64,000 nucleotides of DNA from an uncultured Planctomycetota bacterium (GTDB lineage Bacteria > Planctomycetota > Phycisphaerae > SM23-33), in assembly GCA_903892515.1 (NCBI GenBank), contig CAITIS010000067.1, positions 1,347 through 65,346 on the forward strand, in the 5' to 3' direction. Made by a program: the position numbers and the translations under genes. A model generated the notes under the pieces. That model did no database searches and had not been told where the DNA came from. It was given only the letters and a program-made list of their open reading frames with translations. Below are positions 19,055 to 29,111 of the stretch, one piece after another. The first letter of the stretch is position 1; each line of letters starts with the position of its first letter.

Positions 19055-21367
19055 ATGGACGCCCGGGCTTTTTTGCGCGAAGTGACCACTGACCGCCGGT
19101 ATCGCGGCCAAGTCGTTCACGTGCGCGAGTTGCCGCCGCGAGATGCCCAGTACGCCCAGCCGGCCGAGCCGCTGCCGCAGCCCGTCGCGTCGCACCTGCA
19201 GCGTCAGGGCATCGGCCAGCTTTACCGCCACCAGGCTGACGCCGTCGATGCCGTGCGGGACGGCAAGGACGTCGTCATCGTCACCGGCACGGCCTCGGGC
19301 AAGACGCTCTGCTACAACATCCCCGTCGTCAGCGCCCTGATCGAGAACCCATCGGCGCGGGCACTGTACATCTTCCCCACCAAGGCGCTGGCACAGGACC
19401 AGTTGGGCCACCTGCAGAAATGGGCGGCCGATGATGAGATTCGCGAGGCCCTCCGGCCCGCCGTGTACGATGGCGACACGCCCTCGCACAACCGCACGAA
19501 AATTCGCTCGTCGGCATCAGTCATTCTCACCAACCCTGACATGCTGCACGTGGGCATCCTGCCGTATCACGGCAAGTGGCATCAGTTCCTGCGGAACCTG
19601 CGGTACATCGTGCTGGACGAGGTGCACACGTATCGCGGCATCTTCGGCAGTCACGTGGCCAACGTGCTGCGACGGCTCGAGCGGCTGTGTCGGCACTACG
19701 GCTCGAACCCGCAGATCATCTGCTGTTCAGCCACCATCGCCAACCCGCTGGAGTTGACGGGCAAGCTTACCGGCAGGGAGATGACGCTGATCGACCGCGA
19801 CGGCGCGCCGCGCGGGCGGAAGTATTTCGTGCTCTGGAACCCGCCGTACATCGACGCCGGCGAGAACATCGCCCGCCGCTCCGCCAACGTCGAGGCCGTC
19901 GAGCTGCTGTGCGACCTGGTGCAGCGGAAGGCGCAGACCATCGTCTTTTCCAAAGCCCGCATCGTGGCCGAATTGGTTTACAAGTACGCCACCGACGCGC
20001 TGCGGCGGCACCCGGACCTGGCCAAGAAGATTCGCCCGTACCGCGGCGGGTATCTGCCGGCTGAACGGCGGGAGATCGAGCAGCAGCTCTTTCAAGGCAA
20101 GCTGCTGGCGGTGTCCGCCACCAACGCCCTGGAACTGGGCATCGACGTCGGCAGCTTGGACGCGGCCATTCTGGTGGGGTTTCCCGGCACGATTTGCTCG
20201 ACCTGGCAGCAAGCTGGCCGGGCTGGCCGCTCGGGTTCCGACAGCATCGTGTTTCTGCTGGCGTACAACGACCCGATCGATCAGTACCTCATGCGGCATC
20301 CCGAGTACTTCTTCGGCGTGCCGCACGAGAACGCCGTCATCGACCCGCAAAACCCATTCATCCTGTCAGGCCAGCTCGCCTGTGCATGCTTTGAAAAACC
20401 GCTGTCGCAGGAAGACGAAGTGTACTTCGGCCCGCAGTTGGAGGACCTGGCCGCCGATCTCGAGCAGGAAGGCCAGGTCCACAGCATCGATGGCAAGCGC
20501 TACTGGCGTCAGGCCGAGCAGCCCTCGGCCCAGGTCGATCTGCGGACGATCTCGCAGGACACGTACGCCATCGTCGATATTTCACAGAACCATCGCACCA
20601 TCGGCCAGGTGGATTCGATCTCGGCGCCCGAGCTGGTCTATCCCGAAGCGATCTACCTGCACGAGGCCGTGCCGTACATCGTGCGGCAGTTGGACACGCA
20701 GGCCAAGATCGCGCTGGTCGAGCCTTGCGAGGTGGACTATTACACCCAGCCGGTGCTGGCCAACCAGTGTCGCATCATCGAGCAGCGCCAGGAGAAGCCC
20801 TACCGCGACGGCCGGTTGTGCTATGGCGACCTGGACGTGACGTGGCAGACGACCGCCTTTCGCAAGATCCGCTATTACAGCATGGAACTCATCGGCCAAG
20901 CGGCGCTGGACCTGCCGGCCCAGACGCTCTCGACCACGGGCATGTGGTTCGCCCCATCTGAGCCGATGCGCCAGCAGCTTGGCCAGGCTGGACACAACCC
21001 GGTCGACGCGATGGTGGGCGTGCGGAACCTCATGCTGGCCGCCCTTCCGAGCCTGGCCATGTGCGACCGCCGCGACATCTCCGGCCAGGTGGATTCGTCC
21101 AATCTCGGCACGCCGGCCATGTTCGTCTACGACCGCTACAACGGCGGCGTGGGGTTCGCATATCGCGGCTTCGATCTGATCGAGGAATGGCTCAAGCTCT
21201 GCTGGAACATGGTCAGCGAATGCCCGTGCGAAAGCGGCTGCCCAAGTTGCGTGGGCCTGGCCAACCTCCGGCCGCCGCTGCATCAAGACCCCGACCTGGG
21301 CGCCGGCTACCCCGTGCCCGACAAAGCGGCTGCCACTGCGCTGCTAAAGGCGTTGCTGAGCGACTGA
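19055..21367 (+). CDS. mrfA: DEAH-box helicase with DUF1998 C-terminal Cys cluster (MrfA/YprA/SftH family)
   Basis: TGTASGKT, PTKALAQDQ, DEVH, SAT, ELGIDVG, QAGRAGR, CDRRD, CPCESGCPSC. Confidence 0.85.
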   Translation: MDARAFLREVTTDRRYRGQVVHVRELPPRDAQYAQPAEPLPQPVASHLQRQGIGQLYRHQADAVDAVRDGKDVVIVTGTASGKTLCYNIPVVSALIENPSARALYIFPTKALAQDQLGHLQKWAADDEIREALRPAVYDGDTPSHNRTKIRSSASVILTNPDMLHVGILPYHGKWHQFLRNLRYIVLDEVHTYRGIFGSHVANVLRRLERLCRHYGSNPQIICCSATIANPLELTGKLTGREMTLIDRDGAPRGRKYFVLWNPPYIDAGENIARRSANVEAVELLCDLVQRKAQTIVFSKARIVAELVYKYATDALRRHPDLAKKIRPYRGGYLPAERREIEQQLFQGKLLAVSATNALELGIDVGSLDAAILVGFPGTICSTWQQAGRAGRSGSDSIVFLLAYNDPIDQYLMRHPEYFFGVPHENAVIDPQNPFILSGQLACACFEKPLSQEDEVYFGPQLEDLAADLEQEGQVHSIDGKRYWRQAEQPSAQVDLRTISQDTYAIVDISQNHRTIGQVDSISAPELVYPEAIYLHEAVPYIVRQLDTQAKIALVEPCEVDYYTQPVLANQCRIIEQRQEKPYRDGRLCYGDLDVTWQTTAFRKIRYYSMELIGQAALDLPAQTLSTTGMWFAPSEPMRQQLGQAGHNPVDAMVGVRNLMLAALPSLAMCDRRDISGQVDSSNLGTPAMFVYDRYNGGVGFAYRGFDLIEEWLKLCWNMVSECPCESGCPSCVGLANLRPPLHQDPDLGAGYPVPDKAAATALLKALLSD

Positions 21368-21436
21368 CCGGCCGCTGGCAAGCCATCGCCAGTGCAACAC
21401 GATGAGAACGCCGGCCGACTTGCTAGAATGGCCGTC

Positions 21437-22315
21437 ATGGCGTTATCGGAGTCCAGGCGAAGAAAGCTCGAGATGCTCACGCGTTGCTTGGCCGGCGGAA
21501 AGGTCAAGGACGCGCAGGCGGTAATCGACGCTCTGCACACCCCATCACGCGTGACGGGCCCCGCATTGCCGGTGCAATTGGCCCAGGCAGCGCCGGGGAT
21601 CGAGCAGCACAACGCCGCGGGCACGTACTGGCTCATTCGCCGGCCGCTGCTTGAAGTCAGCGCCGAACTTGCCGGCTTTCCTCGTGAATACGCCGCCATC
21701 CTGCGCGGCTCTCGGCAGCGCTTCGATGAATTGAAGGCCTCGCCCGCGCTGTGCCACATTGCCAACGGCCTGCCGGATGGCCCGCTGTTCATGGACATCG
21801 AGACATGCGGCCTGGCCGGCTGCAGCATCTTTCTCGTGGGCCTCATGAGCTTCCAGGGCGACGAACTCATGTTCGAGCAATTGCTGGCGAGGCACTACGG
21901 CGAAGAGCGGGCGATTTTGGCGGAATTCGCCGACCGCCTGGCCGGCTCGGCCACGCTGGTCACCTTCAACGGCAAGGCGTTCGACATGAACAGCCTGCGT
22001 GACCGCGGCGCATTTCACGGCGTCGATCTTGGCTTCACGCCGCCCCACTGCGACCTGCTGCACGAGTCGCGCCGGCTGTGGAAAGGCCAGGTTCCCAACT
22101 GCAAACTGCAAACGCTTGAGCAGTTCTTCTGCCGGCGGCGGCGCGTGGGCGATATCCCCGGCCGAGACATTCCCGACGCGTACCACCGCTTTGTTTCGGG
22201 CGGCGATGCCCGCGAAATGACAATGATACTGCACCATAATCTGCTGGACCTTCTTACCATGGCGCAACTGCTCTGCGCCGCGTTATCGGGCGAGCAGCCC
22301 GACTTGTCCGCGTAG
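21437..22315 (+). CDS. RNase H-like DEDD exonuclease (MrfB/YprB family)
   Basis: FMDIETCGL, TFNGKAFD, HCDLL, HNLLDL. Directly follows the helicase. Confidence 0.82.
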   Translation: MALSESRRRKLEMLTRCLAGGKVKDAQAVIDALHTPSRVTGPALPVQLAQAAPGIEQHNAAGTYWLIRRPLLEVSAELAGFPREYAAILRGSRQRFDELKASPALCHIANGLPDGPLFMDIETCGLAGCSIFLVGLMSFQGDELMFEQLLARHYGEERAILAEFADRLAGSATLVTFNGKAFDMNSLRDRGAFHGVDLGFTPPHCDLLHESRRLWKGQVPNCKLQTLEQFFCRRRRVGDIPGRDIPDAYHRFVSGGDAREMTMILHHNLLDLLTMAQLLCAALSGEQPDLSA

Positions 22316-22400
22316 CGCTGATTGCCCGGTTTTTTTCACCAGGATCGTGCAGATGTGCTACAATCCGGCTATCAGAAATCCTGGCCTAGGAGGCGTTGAA

Positions 22401-22688
22401 ATGGAAGAGACAGCCCTTCGCAGCCGTGTCTTGGAACTTATCGAATCGCTCAGTGCCCATCCGGCCGATCAGCCTCGTGCCTCGCAGGCGTATGCCTCTG
22501 AACACGCCAATCTCCACGCCACGCGAAGCACCGAAGACCTGCTCGACCAGTTGCGGCTACAGGTGAAGTACAACCTGTTCGACCTTGAGGCCACACGGCG
22601 CGAGAATCGGTATCTACGCACCATGCTGGAACGTCGCAGCAATACCGGTGGCGAAACCGGCGGCGAGTCCGGCGGCGAACAATTCTGA
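22401..22688 (+). CDS. Small coiled-coil hypothetical protein
   Basis: AGGAGG RBS; LDQLRLQVKYNLFDLEATRRENRYLR. Confidence 0.7.
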   Translation: MEETALRSRVLELIESLSAHPADQPRASQAYASEHANLHATRSTEDLLDQLRLQVKYNLFDLEATRRENRYLRTMLERRSNTGGETGGESGGEQF

Positions 22689-22702
22689 CGCTATAGTGCG
22701 GC

Positions 22703-23761
22703 ATGGCGGCCGACCCGATACAGCATCGTCTCGATGAATCCCAGGCCCTGGGCCTGTTCTCCCTGGACCTGCACGAATTGGGCCGCCGGGCCGATGCGTT
22801 CCGCCGCCGTCTGCACGGCAACAGGGCCTACTACGTCGTCAATCGGCACATCCACTACACCAATCTTTGCGCCCTGAAGTGCAAGATTTGCACCTTTGGC
22901 CATGCCCCTGGCCAAGCGGGCGTCTACGAGCGAAGCGTCGAGCAGATTGCGCAGGACGCGTCGGCAGCGGCCGATGGCGGCGCCAGCCAGATCCACCTGA
23001 CGGGCGGCCTGCACCCATCCTGGCGCATCGAACGCTACGAGCAGATGCTCCGGGCAATTCGACAGGCAGCACCCGGGCTGCACATCAAGGCCTTCACAGC
23101 CTGCGAGATTCAGCACATTGCTGCCCTGAGCACATTGACAATCGAGGCCGTGCTGGAGCGTCTGATCGAAGCCGGGCTGGGCTCGCTGCCCGGCGGTGGC
23201 GCGGAAATCCTGGATGATTCCATTCGACGCGAACTCTTCCCCGGCAAGATCTCATCCCAAGAGTGGCTGGACGTCCACCGCATGGCCCATCTCCGGGGCC
23301 TGCCGACCAACGCGACCATGCTGTATGGCCACGGCGAACGTTCCGAGCACCGCATCCGTCATCTGATGCTCCTGCGACAACTCCAGGACGAGACGGGCGG
23401 ATTCGAGGCCTTTGTACCGCTGGCGTTCATTTCACCACCTGATGGCAGGTTCCCACCTGGCCCCTGGGGGGTAGATGATCTGCGCGTGATCGCGGCCTCG
23501 CGGCTGGTGCTGGACAACTTTCCCCACATCAAGGCCTTCTGGGCGATGCAATCACTGGCGGTTTCCAGCGTCGCGTTGCATTTCGGGGCCGACGACATCC
23601 ACGCGGCGATAGCGTCCTACGATATCGTCGCCCGCCCCGGCCAGCCCAGCCAAGCCCTGTCCCAGCCGCAACTTGTAGCGGCCATTCGGGCCGCCGGCTT
23701 CGAGCCTTGCCGATGCGATGGCACCTATAGTACGCCGCGCGCCGCCACCGCCCACAAGTAG
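22703..23761 (+). CDS. mqnE: CofH-family radical SAM, likely aminofutalosine synthase
   Basis: YTNLCALKCKIC, GGLHP, HIKAFT, PGGGAEI, NATMLYGH, LDNFPHIKAFW. Confidence 0.78.
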   Translation: MAADPIQHRLDESQALGLFSLDLHELGRRADAFRRRLHGNRAYYVVNRHIHYTNLCALKCKICTFGHAPGQAGVYERSVEQIAQDASAAADGGASQIHLTGGLHPSWRIERYEQMLRAIRQAAPGLHIKAFTACEIQHIAALSTLTIEAVLERLIEAGLGSLPGGGAEILDDSIRRELFPGKISSQEWLDVHRMAHLRGLPTNATMLYGHGERSEHRIRHLMLLRQLQDETGGFEAFVPLAFISPPDGRFPPGPWGVDDLRVIAASRLVLDNFPHIKAFWAMQSLAVSSVALHFGADDIHAAIASYDIVARPGQPSQALSQPQLVAAIRAAGFEPCRCDGTYSTPRAATAHK

Positions 23762-23909
23762 TGGTGCATGGGCCAGAACGACTTGCAGAAAGCCTGTAGA
23801 GAAGCTTTGCCCCCAGCCGATAGCTCACACCAGATATGGGGCCTGCGCTCTGTGCCGGCCCAAGAGAATGCAGCACGAAGAAAGAACGAAAAATCGATTA
23901 AAGATAACC

Positions 23910-23955
23910 TTGACGTTCGGGCGATGTTAGGACTATAACCTAACAGATGCCAAAT
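23910..23955 (+). promoter_or_regulatory. Sigma70-like promoter (TTGACG-18-TATAAC) overlapped by two inverted copies of a direct-repeat box
   Basis: GTTCGG-N5-GTTAGG (23915-23931) and CCTAAC-N5-CCAAAT (23939-23955). Confidence 0.65.
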
Positions 23956-24016
23956 GGATTGGCCAGCCGATGTGGGCTGGAGTTGTCGGTTTGGACAGAA
24001 AGGATGGAGCCACATG

Positions 24017-24562
24017 ATGAAACTGCCACTTTGCCAGTTCGGACCAGGCGGAGAGTACGTGCAGACGTACCCGGAACCCGCGCAGCCGATGGCATCCTGG
24101 ATGGCATGGGATGCGATAGGCATGCACGTCCGCCCGGCCTGCAATGCCGAGCCGGAACTCGTGTGCATCGGCCAGACCGGCATTCGCTACGTGCGGCGGA
24201 TTGTCGCACCCGTAGCCCAGCCCAGCCGGCGCGTGCCGGCCAAGGCGATTCTCGTCCCGCGCGTTAACCGTCGGAACCTGGTCATTCGCATGCCGATGAC
24301 CGTCGATTCACGCCACAAGCAATGCCTCAACAACAGGCAGGAGGTTGCCAGTGAAGGCCATCACACCACGCCAGATGGACATCCTTCGCTTCATCCGGCA
24401 GTACCGGGAGAAGTTCGGTTACTCGCCGACCATGCAGGAGATCGGCGATGCACTGCAATTGAGCAAAGTCACGGTGTTCGAGCACGTCGGCGCCCTCGAA
24501 AAAAAGGGTTTGGTGCTGCGCGGCGATCGGCACAAGGCTCGCTCTTTGCAGCTGTCGGATGA
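24017..24562 (+). CDS. Hypothetical protein overlapping the lexA 5' end by 212 nt; C-terminal QGSLF
   Basis: AAAGGA/GGAG RBS before ATGATG. Fills the gap between the promoter and lexA. Confidence 0.55.
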   Translation: MKLPLCQFGPGGEYVQTYPEPAQPMASWMAWDAIGMHVRPACNAEPELVCIGQTGIRYVRRIVAPVAQPSRRVPAKAILVPRVNRRNLVIRMPMTVDSRHKQCLNNRQEVASEGHHTTPDGHPSLHPAVPGEVRLLADHAGDRRCTAIEQSHGVRARRRPRKKGFGAARRSAQGSLFAAVG

Positions 24563-24962
24563 CGTCGAGTTTCCAGAGGATCAGCACAAGGCCACGCGCA
24601 TCCCGCTGGCCGGCAGAATTGCGGCTGGCTCGCCCATCGAGGCGATTGAGCAGAGCGAGTCGGTCGATCTGGAAGAACTGTTCGCCGGCGAGGGCAAGAA
24701 CTTCTGCCTTGAAGTAACCGGCGACAGCATGATCGAGGACCATATTCGCGATGGCGATTACGTCATCTGCGAGAAACGGTCGCAGGCCCGTAATGGCGAG
24801 ACGGTGGTCGCCCTGCTGGATTCAGGCGAAGCCACACTGAAGCGTTTCTACCGCGAAAAGGGCAGGATCCGCCTTCAGCCGGCAAACGCGGCCTACGAGC
24901 CGATCATCGTCGACAACGTCCGCATCCAAGGTGTGGTGGTCGGCGTCGTCCGTAAACTGTAG
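24351..24962 (+). CDS. lexA: SOS repressor LexA
   Basis: GGAGG-6-GTG; TPRQ..IL, SPTMQEI HTH, IAAG cleavage site, V.GDSM, EATLKR. Confidence 0.95.
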   Translation: MKAITPRQMDILRFIRQYREKFGYSPTMQEIGDALQLSKVTVFEHVGALEKKGLVLRGDRHKARSLQLSDDVEFPEDQHKATRIPLAGRIAAGSPIEAIEQSESVDLEELFAGEGKNFCLEVTGDSMIEDHIRDGDYVICEKRSQARNGETVVALLDSGEATLKRFYREKGRIRLQPANAAYEPIIVDNVRIQGVVVGVVRKL

Positions 24963-24989
24963 CCCGACATGCCTTCGTGAGAGAATGAA

Positions 24990-25024
24990 AAGGGCCGGGA
25001 AGCCTAGCTTCCCGGCCCTTCTTC
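24990..25024. terminator. Bidirectional terminator
   Basis: aagggccgggaagc-cta-gcttcccggccctt. Confidence 0.8.
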
Positions 25025-25071
25025 TTAAACTCAGGTTCTCTCGGCTCACAGGCCCCGCAATGGAAGCGGGG

Positions 25072-25236
25072 CTAATCCGGCATCGGCGAAAACTGGCTCT
25101 TGCCCACGCTGCACTCGGGGCATTCCCAATTGGCCGGCACATCTTCCCATGCCGTCCCGGGCGCCACGCCGTTGGCCGGATCGCCCTTGGCAGGATCGTA
25201 GATCCAGCCACACACATCGCAAATATATCGCTTCAT
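25072..25236 (-). CDS. Rubredoxin
   Basis: [15 protein letters not shown]...[10 protein letters not shown]. Confidence 0.95.
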   Translation of the reverse strand: MKRYICDVCGWIYDPAKGDPANGVAPGTAWEDVPANWECPECSVGKSQFSPMPD

Positions 25237-25261
25237 GCGGCTCCTGTCGTTTTGCTGAGGT

Positions 25262-25789
<528 letters not shown>

Positions 25790-25842
25790 GTGCGGCTCCT
25801 TCCAGATGTTATATCGGCGTTGCCGGTGGCGTCCTTTGGACC

Positions 25843-27492
25843 TCAGCCAAGTATAGCCTTCAGGTCCGCCTGGGCTGTGGTAATGGGCATAATGTTGTAG
25901 TTCTTGACCAGCACGTCCAGCACGGCCGGGGTCACAAAGGCCGGCAGGCTGGGTCCCAGCCGGATGTTGCGAACGCCCAGGTGCAGCAGCGTCAGCAGAA
26001 TGCACACGGCCTTCTGCTCATACCAGGAGAGCACCATCGACAGCGGCAGGTGGTTCACGTCGGTGCCGAAGGCATTGGCCAACGCCAGAGCGATGCGAAT
26101 GGCCGAGTAGGCGTCGTTGCACTGGCCGATGTCCAGCAGCCGCGGGATGCCGCCGATCGTGCCGAAATCGAGCTTGTTGAAGCGGTACTTGCCGCACGCC
26201 AGCGTCAGGATCACGCAGTCGTTGGGCACCTGCTCCGCCAGCTCGGTGTAGTAGTTCCGGCCTGGCTTGGCGCCGTCGCAGCCGCCGATCAGGAAGAAGT
26301 GCCGAATCGCCCCGCTCTTGACGGCATCGATCACCTTGTCCGCCACGCCCAGCACCGCGTCATGACCAAACCCGGTCAGGATGCTCTTCTCGGGCTCATC
26401 CTTCTCAAAGCCCGGCGCCGCCAGAGCGGCTTCGATCACCGGTGCGAAATTGCCGTCGCTGATATGTCGCACCCCCGGCCAGGCCACCACGCCGCTGGTG
26501 AAGAGCCGTCCCTTGTAGTCATCGGATGGCTTCTGAATGCAGTTGGTGGTCATGAGGATCGCGCCGGGCAAGGCCAGGAACTCTTTCTTCTGATCCTGCC
26601 ACGCCCCGCCATAGTTGCCCACCAGGTGCTTGTACTTCTTTAAGCCCGGATACCCATGCGCCGGCAACATCTCGCCGTGCGTGTAGACGTTGATGCCCTT
26701 GCCTTCGGTCTGCTTGAGCAGTTCTTCCAGGTCCTTCAGGTCGTGGCCCGAGACCACGATGGCCTTGCCCTTGACGGGAGTTACGCGGACGCTCGAGGGC
26801 GCCGGCTGGCCGTACGCACCCGTGTTGGCCTCATCCAGCAGTTCCATCACGCGCAGGTTCACCTCGCCGACCTTCAGCACCGCCGGCAGGAGTTCCTCGA
26901 CCGTCAGGCTTGGACGGGTGAGGAAATCCAGCGCCTCGTGGAAGTAGGCGTACACCTTGTCGTCGTGCTTGCCGAGGATCTGAGCGTGGTCCGCATACGC
27001 GGCCGTGCCCTTCAGGCCATAGAGCACCAGCTCCCGCAGGCCTGTAACCGTATCGCCCTCGCGGGACATTCGATCTTGAATGCCCACGGCTTGCCCCTGC
27101 GCGACCAGCCCGGCCAGGTCCGCCGCCGGCAGCCATGCAGCCGGTCCGTCCAGATCCGCCGCAGCCTTGCCCTGCTTGAGCATCGCCCCGCGATACAGTG
27201 CCTTGGCCCGCTCCTTTACGTCGGCGGCTTGACGCAAGGTCTTTTCCAACCTGGCGACGTCGAAGCTCACGTTCGTGACGGTCGTGAACAGCGCCTCGAT
27301 CACGAAGACATCGACCTGGCGGTCGCGCGCCCCGAGCCCGCCGGCCCGATGCGCGTACATCGCGATGCCCTTGACGGCCTCGACGATGAGGTCCTGCAGC
27401 GCCGCGACCTGCGCGTCTTTCCCGCATACGCCCATGGCCGTGCAGCCCGTGCCCTTGGCGGCCTGTTCACACTGGTAACAGAACATGCTCAT
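25843..27492 (-). CDS. hcp: Hydroxylamine reductase (hybrid cluster protein)
   Basis: [47 protein letters not shown]. Confidence 0.97.
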   Translation of the reverse strand: MSMFCYQCEQAAKGTGCTAMGVCGKDAQVAALQDLIVEAVKGIAMYAHRAGGLGARDRQVDVFVIEALFTTVTNVSFDVARLEKTLRQAADVKERAKALYRGAMLKQGKAAADLDGPAAWLPAADLAGLVAQGQAVGIQDRMSREGDTVTGLRELVLYGLKGTAAYADHAQILGKHDDKVYAYFHEALDFLTRPSLTVEELLPAVLKVGEVNLRVMELLDEANTGAYGQPAPSSVRVTPVKGKAIVVSGHDLKDLEELLKQTEGKGINVYTHGEMLPAHGYPGLKKYKHLVGNYGGAWQDQKKEFLALPGAILMTTNCIQKPSDDYKGRLFTSGVVAWPGVRHISDGNFAPVIEAALAAPGFEKDEPEKSILTGFGHDAVLGVADKVIDAVKSGAIRHFFLIGGCDGAKPGRNYYTELAEQVPNDCVILTLACGKYRFNKLDFGTIGGIPRLLDIGQCNDAYSAIRIALALANAFGTDVNHLPLSMVLSWYEQKAVCILLTLLHLGVRNIRLGPSLPAFVTPAVLDVLVKNYNIMPITTAQADLKAILG

Positions 27493-27519
27493 CTGCTAGC
27501 TCCTTCGCCCATTGGGCAG

Positions 27520-28278
27520 TTAAGTTTGCTGGTCTGACAGAATAGCGCCGCGAATCCCGACCGTCACGTCGCGTAGAACGATGCCGCTCTTTCCCGATTG
27601 TTCGATGGCCGTTCGGACGGCCAGCACGATCCCGTTGCAGCACGGGACTTCCATGTGCGCCACCGTGATGGATCGAACGTTGTTGGATTTTAGGATGGCC
27701 GTCAGCTTCTCGGCGTAAAAGGCCGCATTATCAAGCTTAGGACAGCCGACCAGGACGACCTTGCCCGCCAGCAATTGTTCGTGGAAGTTGGCCAGCGCGT
27801 ACGGCACGCAATCGGCGGAAATCAACAGGTCGGCGGCGTCATAGAAGGGCGCCTGCACCGGCGCGAGCATCAACTGCACCGGCCAGTTGCCCAAGCGGCT
27901 GGGCTTGGAAGCTGCGTCCGCAGGCCCCGCGTGCGACGCCCCGCCATCGCCCATCAAGGCCATCGCCCTGCTGCCCGGACAGCCAGCATGGTGCTGATGC
28001 CCCGCGTGTCCGGCCGCTTGCGGCATCGCCGGCGCAGTCGCGGCCCCCATGTGCTTATTCATGGCCTGCTCGTCGAACTCGTCGGCGTCGCGGACCTCGA
28101 TCGTCAGCGCCCCCTGCGGGCACTCGCCGATGCACGCGCCCAGGCCGTCACAGTACACCTCGCTCACCAGTCGAGCCTTGCCGTCGATGATCTTCAGAGC
28201 CCCTTCGGCACAGGCGATAGCGCACTGCCCGCAGCCGTTGCACTTGTCCTCATCAATGCGAATGATCTTGCGCTGCAT
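27520..28278 (-). CDS. 4Fe-4S dicluster protein typical of hcp clusters
   Basis: CNGCGQC..AC.EG, CDGLGACIGECP, WPVQL, GCPKLD, MEVPCC. Confidence 0.88.
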   Translation of the reverse strand: MQRKIIRIDEDKCNGCGQCAIACAEGALKIIDGKARLVSEVYCDGLGACIGECPQGALTIEVRDADEFDEQAMNKHMGAATAPAMPQAAGHAGHQHHAGCPGSRAMALMGDGGASHAGPADAASKPSRLGNWPVQLMLAPVQAPFYDAADLLISADCVPYALANFHEQLLAGKVVLVGCPKLDNAAFYAEKLTAILKSNNVRSITVAHMEVPCCNGIVLAVRTAIEQSGKSGIVLRDVTVGIRGAILSDQQT

Positions 28279-28696
28279 GTTCTTCTCCATAAAGACCGGC
28301 CAGGTCCGACAGATGGGTGGTCGACAAATGCCGGCGGACCTGCTCATCAACTGACGCCACAAGCTTGCCCAGTACGCAGTCCGCTCCGGTGCAGACGCGT
28401 TTGCCCAGCAGACAGCCGGGCGGCTGGAGCGGCCCTTCAATGGCCTCGTACACCTCCAGAAGCGTCACGTCCTGGGGCTTTCGCTGGAGCCGGAAGCCAC
28501 CCTTGGGCCCGCGAACCGAATCCACCAGCCCGACGTGCCCCAACCGGCCCAGCACTTTGGCCAAGTGGGCTTGGCTGACGCCCAGTCGCTGGGCGATGTG
28601 GCTGGCAGACACAAGCTCCTCGCTCGCCGCCAGCAACACGGCCGTGTGCAGTGCCAGAGAGGCCGCCTCGGAGACTCTTAGTAGGTTCGTCGTCAT
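28253..28696 (-). CDS. Rrf2 family transcriptional regulator
   Basis: SEAASLALH, HLAKVL, SVRGPKGGF, EVYEAIEG, three Cys (CLLGKRVCTGADC). Confidence 0.9.
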   Translation of the reverse strand: MTTNLLRVSEAASLALHTAVLLAASEELVSASHIAQRLGVSQAHLAKVLGRLGHVGLVDSVRGPKGGFRLQRKPQDVTLLEVYEAIEGPLQPPGCLLGKRVCTGADCVLGKLVASVDEQVRRHLSTTHLSDLAGLYGEEHAAQDHSH

Positions 28697-28713
28697 GCCT
28701 GATCCACTTTCGA

Positions 28714-28733
28714 GTATTGCAGTACTACAATAC
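28714..28733. promoter_or_regulatory. Palindrome, candidate Rrf2 operator
   Basis: GTATTGCAGTACTACAATAC, 18/20 self-complementary, 18 nt upstream of the Rrf2 start. Confidence 0.6.
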
Positions 28734-28771
28734 CGCTATCTTCTGGTTCGGCAAGAATTCTTTCAAAAATA

Positions 28772-29047
28772 GCTTCCGGCCATCCAATCGCCATGACGTC
28801 CACGGCCTACGCGGCGTGCATCGGCTGGGGTGAACTGCCCGCCGGCCAGGATGCCGCCGGCGGACTGTGGGACGTGCTGATGGTCATGAAGAACGCGATT
28901 GCCAAGCTGCCGCCCGGCAGCGACCGCATCTTCTTCTACGTAAGCGTCTTTGACGGCAGCAAGCACAACCTCGTCAAGCTCTGGGCGCTCTGCGGCCCGG
29001 GCGATTAGGGCGAGCCGGTGATAACCATGCTCCAAGGTGAGGATTGA
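28772..29047 (+). pseudogene. DUF6573-like gene remnant (5' truncated, in-frame TAG)
   Basis: FRHPIAMT...GQDAAGGLWDVL...LWALCGPGD*GEPVITMLQGED*; family-like sequence continues past the stop at 29006-29008. Confidence 0.65.
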
Positions 29048-29111
29048 CCATCACAACAGCAGAGCACAGGCACGTTCTCTGGCACGTCGGTGCCGATCTC
29101 ACCAGATTCGG

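Noticed and set aside
29006..29008. Pyrrolysine or amber readthrough in the DUF6573-like ORF
   Set aside because: The gene is also 5' truncated, TAG is a normal stop elsewhere in the window, and no pyl genes are present. Pseudogenisation is simpler.
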